Of a stretch of 64,000 nucleotides of DNA, positions 47,594 to 57,741 are shown one piece after another (positions within the stretch are counted from its first letter, which is position 1; every line of letters starts with the position of its first letter). Both the position numbers and the translations under genes were made by a program. The notes under the pieces are model-generated. The model had not been told where the DNA came from. It ran no database searches and saw only the letters and a program-made list of their open reading frames with translations. The stretch comes from a virus. The stretch covers positions 30,477 to 94,476 of the IMG/VR virus record IMGVR_UViG_3300050120_000158; one strand, given 5' to 3'.

Positions 47594-49545
47594 CTTGCAG
47601 GAACCTGCATGTCCATATGGTGGCGAAGCTCTTGCGACAACGAGCGCATTTCCTTTCGTACCATATTTTGCAAAATATGGCTCTGCAAGGCTTTGGTAAC
47701 CGCCGTGTTCTTTGACTTGCTCTTGGCTTTTTTCTTGTTCTTGCCCCCGGGCTGATTGGTCTTGCCCGGCTTCCCTCTGTTCTGCGGGCTGGCCGGGTCG
47801 GCAGGGTCCGGCTTTCCAGCGGTGGCAACGTCAAGTGCGTTTTGCTGCGCTTCTGCGGCTTTCTCGGCCTCCGCTTCCATATCCACGATGAATTCGGTAA
47901 GACCATCGACCTGATTGCCAGCAATGACATACTGCATAACCGCAGCCCAAGGATAATCGCCCCAAGCTTCGGTGACCGGCTTGATATCAATATCCAAAAT
48001 CTTGTTCGCGATCTTGATAACAGCGTTCGGAGTGAGCGCCCCCGTGCTATCAAGCGTGGTAAGCATGGTGGCCAAGCTATCCGGGTCGGCAAGCGGCACA
48101 CCAACTGACTTGAAGCGCCAATACCTCGGACGGTAGGTCCGCAGTATCTTGTTGTTCATAAGATCGTCAAAGCTCTGCCGCTCGGGTCCGAAAATCTGCT
48201 GTTCGGCGGTGACAACCGACGCGAAGGCGCTGGCCCGAGTATAGTCTTCGGCGCGACCGGCATAGATTGGGGGCAGTCGGAACGAAGAACGGATTTTCTG
48301 CTGGTTGGCCTGATCGTAATCCTTGAACAGGCCGTCCTGCTGCCGCTCCGATATCATCGGCTTCATATCGATACGCGGTGCCGATACCGAATGGTCCGTC
48401 GAGCCAGAAGTGTCGTCACCGCTTGCCTCAAGAACCAGAATTCGGTTCATAGCCGCCGTGCCCTTGAGGGCATTGATGTAGGCATCGATGACTTCAAAGC
48501 TCTCTTGGGTGAGCGCGCCGCCCGAAATCAGAACGGCCATTGCCGGGATGGCATTCTCTCGGAAGAAATTGAGGTTCACCATTTCGGACTCTCTTGAGCC
48601 GAGAATGGACGGCAACTGGCCTATCCAGCGGGGCAAACCGTAAATCTGCCCCGGCGTGTACAGCGAAAGCATCAGGCATTCAGTCGCCTGATCCTCGATG
48701 GGGAGCGCCGGGTTTTCTTCGCCGGTCTTAGGATCGATTGATCGCGGGTCTCCGAACTCCTTGAAATACGTCTTGTGGTAAATGTGGTTCGTATAGCTGA
48801 TCTGCACATAGCGACAGAAGTGCTGGAAGGCGGTCTTGACGATCATCTGCGACGGGTCGGCAGGATTGGGTACCTGTAAGATAACCTCTGTTTGTTCCAC
48901 TTCGCGGATTGTCCGGCGCATGGTCGTACCGGGCAAGTGATCGAACATGATGATGCGACCGGCCAAGTCCCGCGAAATCTCGAAGAACCGGTTTCCAATC
49001 GTTTCGAAATCCCATCGGGTACGTTCCCGGATTTCTTTCAATGAAGCATCTGGGGAACACAACGAGAGGAAGTTCTCAAGCATGACCTTCTCTGCTTGAA
49101 CGTCCGGGGCTTTCTCGCTCCCTTCTTCCCCTATGTATTCGAGCATGTGGCCGTAGCTCTCGATATTGACCACATAGGCTTCGATGCACTGGCGCAGTGT
49201 ATTGGAGTTTTGCACCAACCGGGCAAGGTGATTGAATTGATAGCTCGGCACGATGGGGCCGAAACCGGCTATAACGTCGCCGCTGGCTGCGTTGGAATAG
49301 GAAAACGGGTCGGGGGCTGCGTTGGATTTGAGCGGCGTTTTGGAGGCCCGCTTTTTGGCGGGTTCCGGTGTGACAGTTTCGCTGACGGGCGCACCGCTGG
49401 CTTGACTGAGCAAACCGTCGAAACCGGAAGTGTGATACTTCGCTTCGGTCTGAATAAAGCGGACGTTACGCGCGGCTCGCTGTTGTCGCGGTTCCACCTT
49501 GGCAACCGGAAGCGTGATCCGCCTAGACAATGGTTTGATTGACAT
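47590..49545 (-). CDS. portal protein
   Basis: DFETIGN, YGLPRW, N.NFF.ENAIP, FRLPPI; between terminase and protease. Confidence 0.88.
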   Translation of the reverse strand: MSIKPLSRRITLPVAKVEPRQQRAARNVRFIQTEAKYHTSGFDGLLSQASGAPVSETVTPEPAKKRASKTPLKSNAAPDPFSYSNAASGDVIAGFGPIVPSYQFNHLARLVQNSNTLRQCIEAYVVNIESYGHMLEYIGEEGSEKAPDVQAEKVMLENFLSLCSPDASLKEIRERTRWDFETIGNRFFEISRDLAGRIIMFDHLPGTTMRRTIREVEQTEVILQVPNPADPSQMIVKTAFQHFCRYVQISYTNHIYHKTYFKEFGDPRSIDPKTGEENPALPIEDQATECLMLSLYTPGQIYGLPRWIGQLPSILGSRESEMVNLNFFRENAIPAMAVLISGGALTQESFEVIDAYINALKGTAAMNRILVLEASGDDTSGSTDHSVSAPRIDMKPMISERQQDGLFKDYDQANQQKIRSSFRLPPIYAGRAEDYTRASAFASVVTAEQQIFGPERQSFDDLMNNKILRTYRPRYWRFKSVGVPLADPDSLATMLTTLDSTGALTPNAVIKIANKILDIDIKPVTEAWGDYPWAAVMQYVIAGNQVDGLTEFIVDMEAEAEKAAEAQQNALDVATAGKPDPADPASPQNRGKPGKTNQPGGKNKKKAKSKSKNTAVTKALQSHILQNMVRKEMRSLSQELRHHMDMQVPAR

Positions 49546-49606
49546 ATCCGCCCCTGTTGAACAGGTAACGGATATTACGAGCGGCGAGTCAGATAGTCAA
49601 CGCACC

Positions 49607-49984
49607 TTATTTTCGGTTGAGCGGGTTGTTCCCCATCCGAAAGCTCCATAATGCGCAATCGACAACCTCGCACATACGAGCGCCCTTGGCTCCGCTCGCA
49701 CATAGAACGCAAAACGCGCGGATTGCCGAACCTTTACTACGGATGCGATTACGATACGAATGGTCAAGATCGGTATCGTTGTCCGCGTCTCGGACCATAA
49801 GGGTAAGGTCATCTACCGGAGCCTGCATCGGGTTCGTGCCGCTGTAGGTCAAGTGCCCAGCAGTTCGCAAGGTATTGGCGGTTCCCCCGGTAAGAACAGC
49901 ATCCTTGCTAGGAACGTGCGGGGCCGCGACTCTTGCAGGTTCCTGCACGGACCCGACGACAAAATTGCGCTGCTTAATCGCCAT
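49607..49984 (-). CDS. Cys-motif hypothetical protein, paralog of 50401-50931
   Basis: AIRAFCVLC..C....CALWSFRMGNNP. Confidence 0.7.
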   Translation of the reverse strand: MAIKQRNFVVGSVQEPARVAAPHVPSKDAVLTGGTANTLRTAGHLTYSGTNPMQAPVDDLTLMVRDADNDTDLDHSYRNRIRSKGSAIRAFCVLCASGAKGARMCEVVDCALWSFRMGNNPLNRK

Positions 49985-50408
49985 GTCGCTTATTCCTACT
50001 CGTATTGTTAGCTTGTTCGATTTTGGTAGACCATTTGACATTACCCGGAACATAGGGCCTGTCGTTTTCAATTCGATCTATGGAATGCTTGGACGTGGGA
50101 CGCTTACCAACGTGTGCAAAGAATTTGCCGAAATCGTCCCACTCGGCGCATACCTGAATACAATGCATGGTTACCCATACATTGTATTCAGGTATGCCGG
50201 ATAGCCCATGCCTATAACTGCTTTTGCTAACAACCTCTTTATGAAAACAGCCGCAAGACTTAGAATTCCCATTCTTTAGGTTTGTGGCTCGTACAACCCG
50301 TGCAGCCCCGCATTTACAAGCACAGTTCCAGTAATACGCGCTACCGCGACGTTCATTGAAAGAAACAACGGTAAGATACCCGAATACCTGCCCGACAAGG
50401 CTATTCAT
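49974..50408 (-). CDS. HNH homing endonuclease with apparent internal deletion
   Basis: GQVFGYLTV, CACKCG, SIDRIEND..Y.PGNVKW; lacks the RC..YGGRG segment of its three relatives. Confidence 0.75.
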   Translation of the reverse strand: MNSLVGQVFGYLTVVSFNERRGSAYYWNCACKCGAARVVRATNLKNGNSKSCGCFHKEVVSKSSYRHGLSGIPEYNVWVTMHCIQVCAEWDDFGKFFAHVGKRPTSKHSIDRIENDRPYVPGNVKWSTKIEQANNTSRNKRHGD

Positions 50409-50931
50409 CGCTAGCCCCGTCATCAGGATCATCCTCAACCTCTATTTTCTCGTCGCCCTCAACTTCGATATCCGCGACGGGCATAAGGGTCTTGCCAAAG
50501 AACGGGTTGTTGCCGAGACGGAACGGCCACAACGGGCAATGGGTCGCCGGGCAAAGGCGCACCTCGACGGGCTGACCCCCCATGCAAGTGATACAGAACG
50601 CGCGAATACCGGTGCCTTGGTTCCTGATCCGCTTGAAAGACGCCTTGGTGTTACTATCCTCAATCGGGCGGTCGTGTATCTGCGCCTTAAGGTCTTTGAC
50701 CGGAATTTCCTTAGGATTTTTGCCCTGATACTTCAAAAGGAATTCGAGGCTCGCGACATGCGCCTCAAGATCGAGAACCGCATCCCAATCTTTTTCAGCG
50801 TTCGCCGTGTCGAGTTCGACCAGCGAAACATAATATCGTGACTCATTGCGCCGAAAGGATTTAATATCGATGATACTAAAGCCGTCCGCTCTAAGTTGTT
50901 CGTCTGTGCGTATCGTTGATTTGTTTAGCAT
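50401..50931 (-). CDS. Cys-motif hypothetical protein
   Basis: GIRAFCITC..C....CPLWPFRLGNNP. Confidence 0.75.
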   Translation of the reverse strand: MLNKSTIRTDEQLRADGFSIIDIKSFRRNESRYYVSLVELDTANAEKDWDAVLDLEAHVASLEFLLKYQGKNPKEIPVKDLKAQIHDRPIEDSNTKASFKRIRNQGTGIRAFCITCMGGQPVEVRLCPATHCPLWPFRLGNNPFFGKTLMPVADIEVEGDEKIEVEDDPDDGASDE

Positions 50932-51079
50932 GTCCGCTTTATCGCACGCTTTTTCTAGTTGTTGTTAATTTGTTTCATGCCAATGGGCGGGCACAAGGGC
51001 GGGCTTCACGTAGCCGCACGGGCAATAGGCTGGCTCAACCCGGTCGCCGCTAACGTAGCATTTTGCAGGCCAGCCGCAG

Positions 51080-51715
51080 CTAATCGTCGTCGTACTCGGA
51101 AGCGGCTTTATCGATAATGGCTTGCCAATCACAAGGGGGGGACTTGCCTTCGTACTTCCGGGTCTCGGCAGGATTTTCATAGCGGGGCATCGCTGTTTGA
51201 GGAACAGGTGTAAACAAAGCGCCGTTCTCCCGCTGGCGGCGTTTCCTGCGGAATATAAAATGCTCGTCAACGGACGTAAGATAATACTTATCGATGAAAA
51301 GGTCCGGCATAAGTGCGTCGGAAACTTCTAAGTCTAGCTCGCGGTTCGTCCATGGATTGTAGTTTTGAAGGTCATCCGGCACGTCTATAGACAACGGTGC
51401 GGCTCGGACAGGCTTCAATATGAAACCCTCGGCGGCGTCCGGATCGACTAGCGAGGCACTGATTGGCTTTACTATGCCTTCTGCTAGCCCGCATCGAACA
51501 AGCCCGATCATCCATTCGGTTGCTATGATCCGATGTACGTCTAGAAATTCGGCAACCTCGAAATCGCCGTACAGTTTCCCCGGGACGAATTTGAGGGTTA
51601 AAGCTCTATGAAAAAGCTCTAAACCCTCAATCCAGTATTCTTTCGTATCACTTAGGTACGGGGTCGCCGCAAGTATGATCTTCGATGGAGCAAGCGGGCG
51701 AATAGCGAGCGCCAT
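51080..51715 (-). CDS. hypothetical protein
   Basis: ORF track. Confidence 0.7.
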   Translation of the reverse strand: MALAIRPLAPSKIILAATPYLSDTKEYWIEGLELFHRALTLKFVPGKLYGDFEVAEFLDVHRIIATEWMIGLVRCGLAEGIVKPISASLVDPDAAEGFILKPVRAAPLSIDVPDDLQNYNPWTNRELDLEVSDALMPDLFIDKYYLTSVDEHFIFRRKRRQRENGALFTPVPQTAMPRYENPAETRKYEGKSPPCDWQAIIDKAASEYDDD

Positions 51716-51718
51716 AGG

Positions 51719-51997
51719 CTATACCTTGTTTGCGATAAGCATCCCGCTAGCCGTTAACAAACTGGGATCATCTGGCGGCGGTGCTGGGTTCTTGGTGTTC
51801 CAATCGCCAACCAATATATCCCAGTCGGAGACCGGGTGACAAATGGTGGGTCCGCAAGCGCATTCGAGATACGAAATCGGCATATCGTGAAAGTGATGCT
51901 CCACAATTTTCCCATCTTTGATATCGTCGTACTCGATGGCCGAATTCGAGATCATAACCGGCGAGTTACCGCACTTAACGCATGGATTGATATGCAT
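51719..51997 (-). CDS. small Cys-containing protein (Lar-like pattern)
   Basis: PCVKCG..C.C..WN. Confidence 0.5.
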   Translation of the reverse strand: MHINPCVKCGNSPVMISNSAIEYDDIKDGKIVEHHFHDMPISYLECACGPTICHPVSDWDILVGDWNTKNPAPPPDDPSLLTASGMLIANKV

Positions 51998-52018
51998 GAC
52001 GATCCCTCATTTGTTAAA

Positions 52019-52047
52019 ATTGTAAGCCTATCGCGGATTTTTGTCAA
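52019..52047 (-). promoter_or_regulatory. sigma70 promoter containing the AAAAATCCGCGATA box
   Basis: TTGACA-N17-TACAAT on minus strand. Confidence 0.65.
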
Positions 52048-52050
52048 GGC

Positions 52051-54183
52051 TTAGCTGCGTTGAACGCTGCGCCTAAACACGGACTTTCTAATCGAGACGT
52101 GCCTAGTAATTGCTACCTTGGCCTTGGACGCTTCGGCATTCACGCCGGTTGCAGGTTCCTGCACGGGCTTGCCAACGTTAACCTTGCCCATGATCGGGCT
52201 CCAAGCAACGCGGCGCTTAAGCAGGAACGAGGTAACGCCGCAGACAGCATCCGCAACGTCCTTGGTGCCGTTCGATCGATGGTCAACCTTGTCTGGTGCC
52301 GTCCCCTGCCCTCTGACGTACTCAAGGCCAGCTAGTTCGTTCGCAAGCCATTGGTGATTGGGTAAATACACGGCGGCATCGTACAAAGAGTCACGAAGCG
52401 AGCGGTACGGATCAATCTTCTCGACGCTAAGGTAGTCGGCCTTGAAGTTCTTGGTCCGCAGAATTTGACGGCTATCTACTGATTGGAAGCCGTCAAACGT
52501 GACATACTCAATCGGCAAATTGTATTGATCGCGCATCATGATAAGGAATTCGCGAACATGCGCGAACTCGATTTCACCGCCCGGTGGCGGAACTACGCGC
52601 ATGATAACGTCAAACCCAACGATTGGTTTCAGTTCACTAATGCGCAACTTGGTTACCGGATCGTATCGCTCAATTAGCTTCTGCCCGGCGATATGGCCGA
52701 TTGCAATTCCGCAAGCATCCCGCTTATGGCCAAGATCGATATGGGCCATTCTAAACATCGGAATATTCGTAAGCAGTCGATCCCGGTGCGGCTTGGGTAT
52801 CCCAAGCGAAAAGTCGTATTCTTCCCGGTCGAACGGATTGATGTACCCATGCTCCGTTCCGTCACGCATACAATCATGTATCGCGGAACGTCGACTAATG
52901 AACGGACGCGATGCGAGGATGGTGACGCCAGCGAAGTCGCGCAGTGATCCGTCTGTGTCTTTTTCGAAGTCGCCCTTGAAGTCCATCGGCACGTCGATGA
53001 CTTGGCAGTCGGCAATTGGTTCCTCACCTTCCGCCAAGATGCGGGATCGCACCATGTTATTGCCGACCATGACGCGGAATGTTTCGTCTAGGAACTGTTC
53101 GCGGCCCTTAACTTCCCATATCGCTTTCGACATGACGAAGATGTTGGGGTCCGTGCCGCCCGCCATGGTTGACTCCATGGCCTTAAGCTCAGTGAAGTCG
53201 TCTGGGAAGCGTGACGATGAAATCAGAAACAAAATGCCGGGCAGTTTGCCACGGTTGGCGAACCGCGACCGGCGACGGCGGCTGATAGCTTCATAGATCG
53301 ACTTAGCTTGGCTGTAAGAGCCGTCGAGTTGGGCGTTCTGCGATTTGGACTTAAGAACCTTCTGCATGAAGTTCATTTCGTCCAGCACGCCGCCCATGAC
53401 GTTCATGGATATTGCACCCGTAGACGACGACGAGACCGGGAGGACAGAGAGCTTCTGTTCATCAAAACGCATCTCGGTAGTAATGAACTTGTTGTAAGGG
53501 TAAATATGCTTGAAATACGGACTGTTCTTAATGTTTCCTCCGAAGTCATCGAAGACCGCTTTCTTTGCAGTAGCGAGCCTAATAGACTGGATTGTAAATA
53601 CGATGGTGGACCCGGCACGAATGCCATAGGTCGTTTGTGGGTGCCGCATGCATGAGGTCTTATAGATGCTCCGCGCAAGCATAATATTAGACAAAGTAGT
53701 TTTACCATAACCAAGCGCTCCCTTTAGAACCGCCTCGACATATATATCCTTGTCGAGTTCAAGCATAGCCTCCAAGACGCCGGGGAAGATATCCTCCCTC
53801 TTGATGCCAAGGTAAGCTTGCCCGAATATGAATTCCTCAAGCGGAACCACTTTCCGGCGAAGCTCGGTAAGGGATACGAGTGCATCTATATCGCCCGTAT
53901 CGCGGAACGTCTCAACGCCATCAAGCCAAAGATCGCGGGTTTCGCCATCATCCTGTTGATTAGCTTCCTCAATGATCTGGTCGAGAATAAGCTGGGTCCG
54001 CTCGTCTAACCCGTATTGCGTGTCTGCCGGGCTGACTTTAGGTGCAGGAACCTGCAAGTTAATATGGCGGCGAATGTGCAGAACCGGCGCTGCAATCTTC
54101 TGCAACACCGGCTTGGTAACTATAAGTCTTGGCTGCGGCAGTATCTTGAAGCCGCTCTGCCTAACGACAGTGATCGTTTGCAT
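52051..54183 (-). CDS. terL: terminase large subunit
   Basis: GALGYGKT, GVLDE, ISS; nuclease motifs HIDLG, TFDGFQS, KDVADA. Confidence 0.9.
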   Translation of the reverse strand: MQTITVVRQSGFKILPQPRLIVTKPVLQKIAAPVLHIRRHINLQVPAPKVSPADTQYGLDERTQLILDQIIEEANQQDDGETRDLWLDGVETFRDTGDIDALVSLTELRRKVVPLEEFIFGQAYLGIKREDIFPGVLEAMLELDKDIYVEAVLKGALGYGKTTLSNIMLARSIYKTSCMRHPQTTYGIRAGSTIVFTIQSIRLATAKKAVFDDFGGNIKNSPYFKHIYPYNKFITTEMRFDEQKLSVLPVSSSSTGAISMNVMGGVLDEMNFMQKVLKSKSQNAQLDGSYSQAKSIYEAISRRRRSRFANRGKLPGILFLISSSRFPDDFTELKAMESTMAGGTDPNIFVMSKAIWEVKGREQFLDETFRVMVGNNMVRSRILAEGEEPIADCQVIDVPMDFKGDFEKDTDGSLRDFAGVTILASRPFISRRSAIHDCMRDGTEHGYINPFDREEYDFSLGIPKPHRDRLLTNIPMFRMAHIDLGHKRDACGIAIGHIAGQKLIERYDPVTKLRISELKPIVGFDVIMRVVPPPGGEIEFAHVREFLIMMRDQYNLPIEYVTFDGFQSVDSRQILRTKNFKADYLSVEKIDPYRSLRDSLYDAAVYLPNHQWLANELAGLEYVRGQGTAPDKVDHRSNGTKDVADAVCGVTSFLLKRRVAWSPIMGKVNVGKPVQEPATGVNAEASKAKVAITRHVSIRKSVFRRSVQRS

Positions 54184-54794
54184 TAGCCCTTAACTTCCAA
54201 AACCTGCTTCACAAGGTTGTGCATGCGGTCCCGGCTTGTCTGATCCTTCTTGACCCGGCCAAGGTCTTCGACAACGGTAGCATCCTCAGGGGCCGAACCT
54301 CTGGGGCCATCTGTGATGCGGCCTTCCATCTTGGCAATCGTTTCGACAAGCTTGGTGGTCGAGTCAAATGCTTTGGTGTTGCTATCGAGAAGCAGATTGA
54401 AATCTTTCTCGTTCTTGATCGCGATACCAAGACGAAGCTGCTGTACCTTAAGCAATTGCTTGGCGGCTCGCAACGTATCGACATAGGGCTGGCTGGGGTT
54501 GGCGTGTTCGTCCAGCCCTTCCGTTGGGGCAGCTTCAATAAGCTCCGGGTGCTTGGTACGGTAAGCCCTGATCGCCTCTGCAAACGTCCGCTCGTTGACC
54601 GTGATCCAACCTTGGGAGGCCCAGTGAGAGGCCAATTGCGTGGGTCCGATGCCGCTTTTAAGCGACGCCAGCAAAAGTTTGTACTGGGGGTTGTTTGCGA
54701 CCAGATTGATAAGATAACGCGCCTGCACTTCCTTTTGCGGAGTGACACCTTTGGCATTGATGAAGCGCGGTTGTGGGCGGCGGATAGCAATCAT
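54183..54794 (-). CDS. putative terminase small subunit
   Basis: Coupled directly upstream of terL; helical. Confidence 0.55.
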   Translation of the reverse strand: MIAIRRPQPRFINAKGVTPQKEVQARYLINLVANNPQYKLLLASLKSGIGPTQLASHWASQGWITVNERTFAEAIRAYRTKHPELIEAAPTEGLDEHANPSQPYVDTLRAAKQLLKVQQLRLGIAIKNEKDFNLLLDSNTKAFDSTTKLVETIAKMEGRITDGPRGSAPEDATVVEDLGRVKKDQTSRDRMHNLVKQVLEVKG

Positions 54795-55651
54795 TTCTTA
54801 AGCCTGAGGGTTTTTCGGGTCTCGACCTTATCCGACTTTTTGATTTTGCTCAAGTCGGGGTTAGCCAGAAGCGCCTTGAAAACGTCTGATAACATAAGAC
54901 CCTTGCTGCGAATTTCGTCCTCAAGCTTTTCCAGCAAGCCGTTAAGCTGCTTATCGGACTCGACATAGTGGTGGTTCTTGCCGCCGAAGTTGAATACGAC
55001 AAAGCCATGGTCAAGGTCCGAACCCTTGTCCTTGAAGATGTTGTTGAGGACCGACGACAGGCCGTCGATGCTCGAAATCTTTTCCTTGGCCTCGGCGAGC
55101 TTTTTCTTCTGCGCCGGATTGAGGTTCTGTTCGACGGCTTTGTATAGCTTCTTGAACACGTCCTCTTTGGTAATGCCCATTTGAAGCTTCAAGATCGAGG
55201 CATCGTACTTCTTGGACATTTCGTTCCACAGTTGCGTGAACTTCTGCGGATTGGTATTGCCGCGAAGATGGTTCTCGCGAATGAGCGCTATCTTTCGCTC
55301 GTCTTCGGACCATCCCTCCTTAATGACGCAAGGGACCGCCGTATACTTGAGAACTTTCGCGACCTTGAAGCGGTGGTGACCAGAGTAGATAATGTACTTG
55401 CCGGGCTTCCCATGCGCGGGAACGACTTTGATTGGTTCGTCAAAGCCGTTATCTTTGATAATTTGGACAAGCTGATCGAAGGTGGCTTCGTCTTGCTCAT
55501 TGGGGTTTTCCTTGGACTCTATCAAGTCCTCTATAGGAATGTCGAACACGTCCAGCATGGTGCTTTTCTTGAGCGCGACCGGCTTAACGAGCGTAACTTT
55601 CGCGGCCGTTGTCGGGCGCTCGGCAGAGAGCTTCTTAATTGCGAGCGCCAT
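54791..55651 (-). CDS. ParB/Srx-like protein
   Basis: IPIEDL..ENPNE..L...I..NGF.EPI.V..IYSGHHR..EN.LRG. Confidence 0.85.
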   Translation of the reverse strand: MALAIKKLSAERPTTAAKVTLVKPVALKKSTMLDVFDIPIEDLIESKENPNEQDEATFDQLVQIIKDNGFDEPIKVVPAHGKPGKYIIYSGHHRFKVAKVLKYTAVPCVIKEGWSEDERKIALIRENHLRGNTNPQKFTQLWNEMSKKYDASILKLQMGITKEDVFKKLYKAVEQNLNPAQKKKLAEAKEKISSIDGLSSVLNNIFKDKGSDLDHGFVVFNFGGKNHHYVESDKQLNGLLEKLEDEIRSKGLMLSDVFKALLANPDLSKIKKSDKVETRKTLRLKK

Positions 55652-55652
55652 A

Positions 55653-56150
55653 TTACTTGACCTTCTTTAAGAGTTTGGGCTTTGCAGGAACCTGCAAATT
55701 GTTGTGTTCTTCGACGTGATGTTCTCTGCAAAACCACTCTACTTCTAATGGCTTCGTATAATCTGGATGGTGGGCTTCCGCCGATGCTCCGCACACTTTA
55801 CAAGGTTCTTTCTTTAGTAGGCCACCTTTAAGGGCGTGGTATACAATCTGTCGAGCGGCATACTTAAGCGGGTTATTTATTCTTGATTTCTTAGCCTTCC
55901 GCGCTCTACTTGCCCGATACCCCGCCGTTTCAGTATACCGCTCCCACGTTTCCTTGCCTTTTGGGGTTTTGCGATATCTTTGAGTTTTTTCTACTCCTTT
56001 CCGCTTGCCTTGTTCCGTCTGCGTATACTCACTTATTTTTAGTGTTTGACATTTTTTGCAATATGGTTGGAGGCCGCTTGGCGAGCGGCTTGACCGGTAA
56101 AACTCGGTCGGAAGCTTTAACTGATTGCAGCACGGGCAGAGTTTCTTCAT
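55653..56150 (-). CDS. HNH endonuclease with N-terminal Zn finger
   Basis: CPCC..YCKKC; C..CG..AEAHH.DY.KPLEV.W.CREHH. Confidence 0.8.
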   Translation of the reverse strand: MKKLCPCCNQLKLPTEFYRSSRSPSGLQPYCKKCQTLKISEYTQTEQGKRKGVEKTQRYRKTPKGKETWERYTETAGYRASRARKAKKSRINNPLKYAARQIVYHALKGGLLKKEPCKVCGASAEAHHPDYTKPLEVEWFCREHHVEEHNNLQVPAKPKLLKKVK

Positions 56151-57741
56151 CTAGTGATATATCCCCGTCAAATTCGGTTATATCACTTATGTTAATCGGT
56201 GGAATAACTTTAGGCAAGTAGTCCCTGTCAAAAATATCCCTTCTTATGAACACGTCATCCGGCCCCTCACACGTATCTACGTAGTTGGCTAAAGCCATCG
56301 TGTGATGAATAGCAGAACGAGCGTATGTAAACGTGGTTCTTATTTTCATATCGCCAATGCTGATCCCAAGGTTGCCACACTTATTGAGGTAAGCAACGAT
56401 ATCAGCAAAAGTGTATCTTGTTCCTTTAAGCTCTTGGCAGAACTTGATGACGGCCCCGGAAGTCTTGAAGCGGTTGAGGTGCGCGCGGGCCTGCAACTCG
56501 ATTTCATCGGCGAGTTTGGCGATGTTATCTTTAGCATTGTATTTCTCCCGGATCGTGTTCCGCCACGGCAGTATCATGTCCCGGGCTTCTTGTTTATTTT
56601 CACGTATCCAGTTCAGAGTAGCTAGTAAAGCGGCCTTGTCCTTCGGTTCGATAACAAACGGATAGTCAGCAAAGAAGGATTGTTGATAATCTGATACCGG
56701 CATAATTCCCGGCAACCCCATGTAAAGAGCCTCAAACAGTCCGGTAGGATGATCAAGGTGAGACATAGGGCAAATAAAGGCATGGTAGCCCCGCAATTGT
56801 CGGATGAAGTTCGCCCGGTTGTTGTTCTCAAGAATGCGGAACTGGCGACCTACGTTGGCGAAGTCGAAGCCTATGCCAGCAAGCTTGCTGCGCATCGGGC
56901 CGCCTAGAGCGCCGGAAAGGGAAACGGTAAGGGTAACATCATCGATACCGGATTTGAACAAGTAGTCGAACCACGGCAGATACTCGATATACGAGACACC
57001 GAAAATACGACCGATGCTTACGACATTGAAGCCGGTCTCAGCCTTCCAGCGGTCAGGATCATAAATCTGGTCGAGTTGATCGCATTCGATACCAGCCGGG
57101 ATAACCTTGGCCTGTTCGCTCGCAAATTTCTTCACGCGGCTTGTAACGAATATCTCTGCCATTTCTTTGGTAACTTCGGAACGATTGTGGTCCGAGAGAA
57201 AGACGGTGCTATCAGATGCGAGATACCCAAGGCACTGCATGAGCCAATATGTCTCGCCTGAGTTCTGTCTTTGTTTCGTCTGAGGGAATTCTTCGATGAG
57301 TACGACAGGGAGACCGTATCCCTTGTCTGTGTAATTACCGCCGTTATCGTGAAACCTTGGGGGTTCCAACAAACGTTTGTAATATGCGGCGAGAGAGTTC
57401 CGAGACGTGCATAGTACGTCAACGTGATACTTACCGGCCACACGGTTAAAGAGATTGAAGAATTCGTCTGTAACCAATCCATCAACGACGAATTGATCCT
57501 GAATAGGAGAGGTACGGATGATCCCGACATTAGGATGCCCCTCAATCTCATCAGGGGTGTATTTAGCTTCATCTGGCACCATCCAAAAAACATAGTGGCC
57601 TCTTTTGACCAACTCCCTAACCAACGTAACGTATTTCCTATATGTACTCGACCCAGATAAGTTAGAAATCTGAACGTAGACTGGATCGATAAGGATACGT
57701 AGTCTAGGGCGATACACCTCAGGCACGTCGAGAACTCCCAT
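56029..57741 (-). CDS. GT-B (family 4-like) glycosyltransferase
   Basis: ELVKRGHYV, FLSDHN, VIPAGI, SIGR, GLFEALYMGLP. Confidence 0.75.
   Translation of the reverse strand: MGVLDVPEVYRPRLRILIDPVYVQISNLSGSSTYRKYVTLVRELVKRGHYVFWMVPDEAKYTPDEIEGHPNVGIIRTSPIQDQFVVDGLVTDEFFNLFNRVAGKYHVDVLCTSRNSLAAYYKRLLEPPRFHDNGGNYTDKGYGLPVVLIEEFPQTKQRQNSGETYWLMQCLGYLASDSTVFLSDHNRSEVTKEMAEIFVTSRVKKFASEQAKVIPAGIECDQLDQIYDPDRWKAETGFNVVSIGRIFGVSYIEYLPWFDYLFKSGIDDVTLTVSLSGALGGPMRSKLAGIGFDFANVGRQFRILENNNRANFIRQLRGYHAFICPMSHLDHPTGLFEALYMGLPGIMPVSDYQQSFFADYPFVIEPKDKAALLATLNWIRENKQEARDMILPWRNTIREKYNAKDNIAKLADEIELQARAHLNRFKTSGAVIKFCQELKGTRYTFADIVAYLNKCGNLGISIGDMKIRTTFTYARSAIHHTMALANYVDTCEGPDDVFIRRDIFDRDYLPKVIPPINISDITEFDGDISLDEETLPVLQSVKASDRVLPVKPLAKRPPTILQKMSNTKNK

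Noticed and set aside
1094-54183. Inteins or introns in polymerase, helicase or terminase
   Set aside because: The ORFs are continuous, with no recognisable splice motifs; the HNH genes are free-standing
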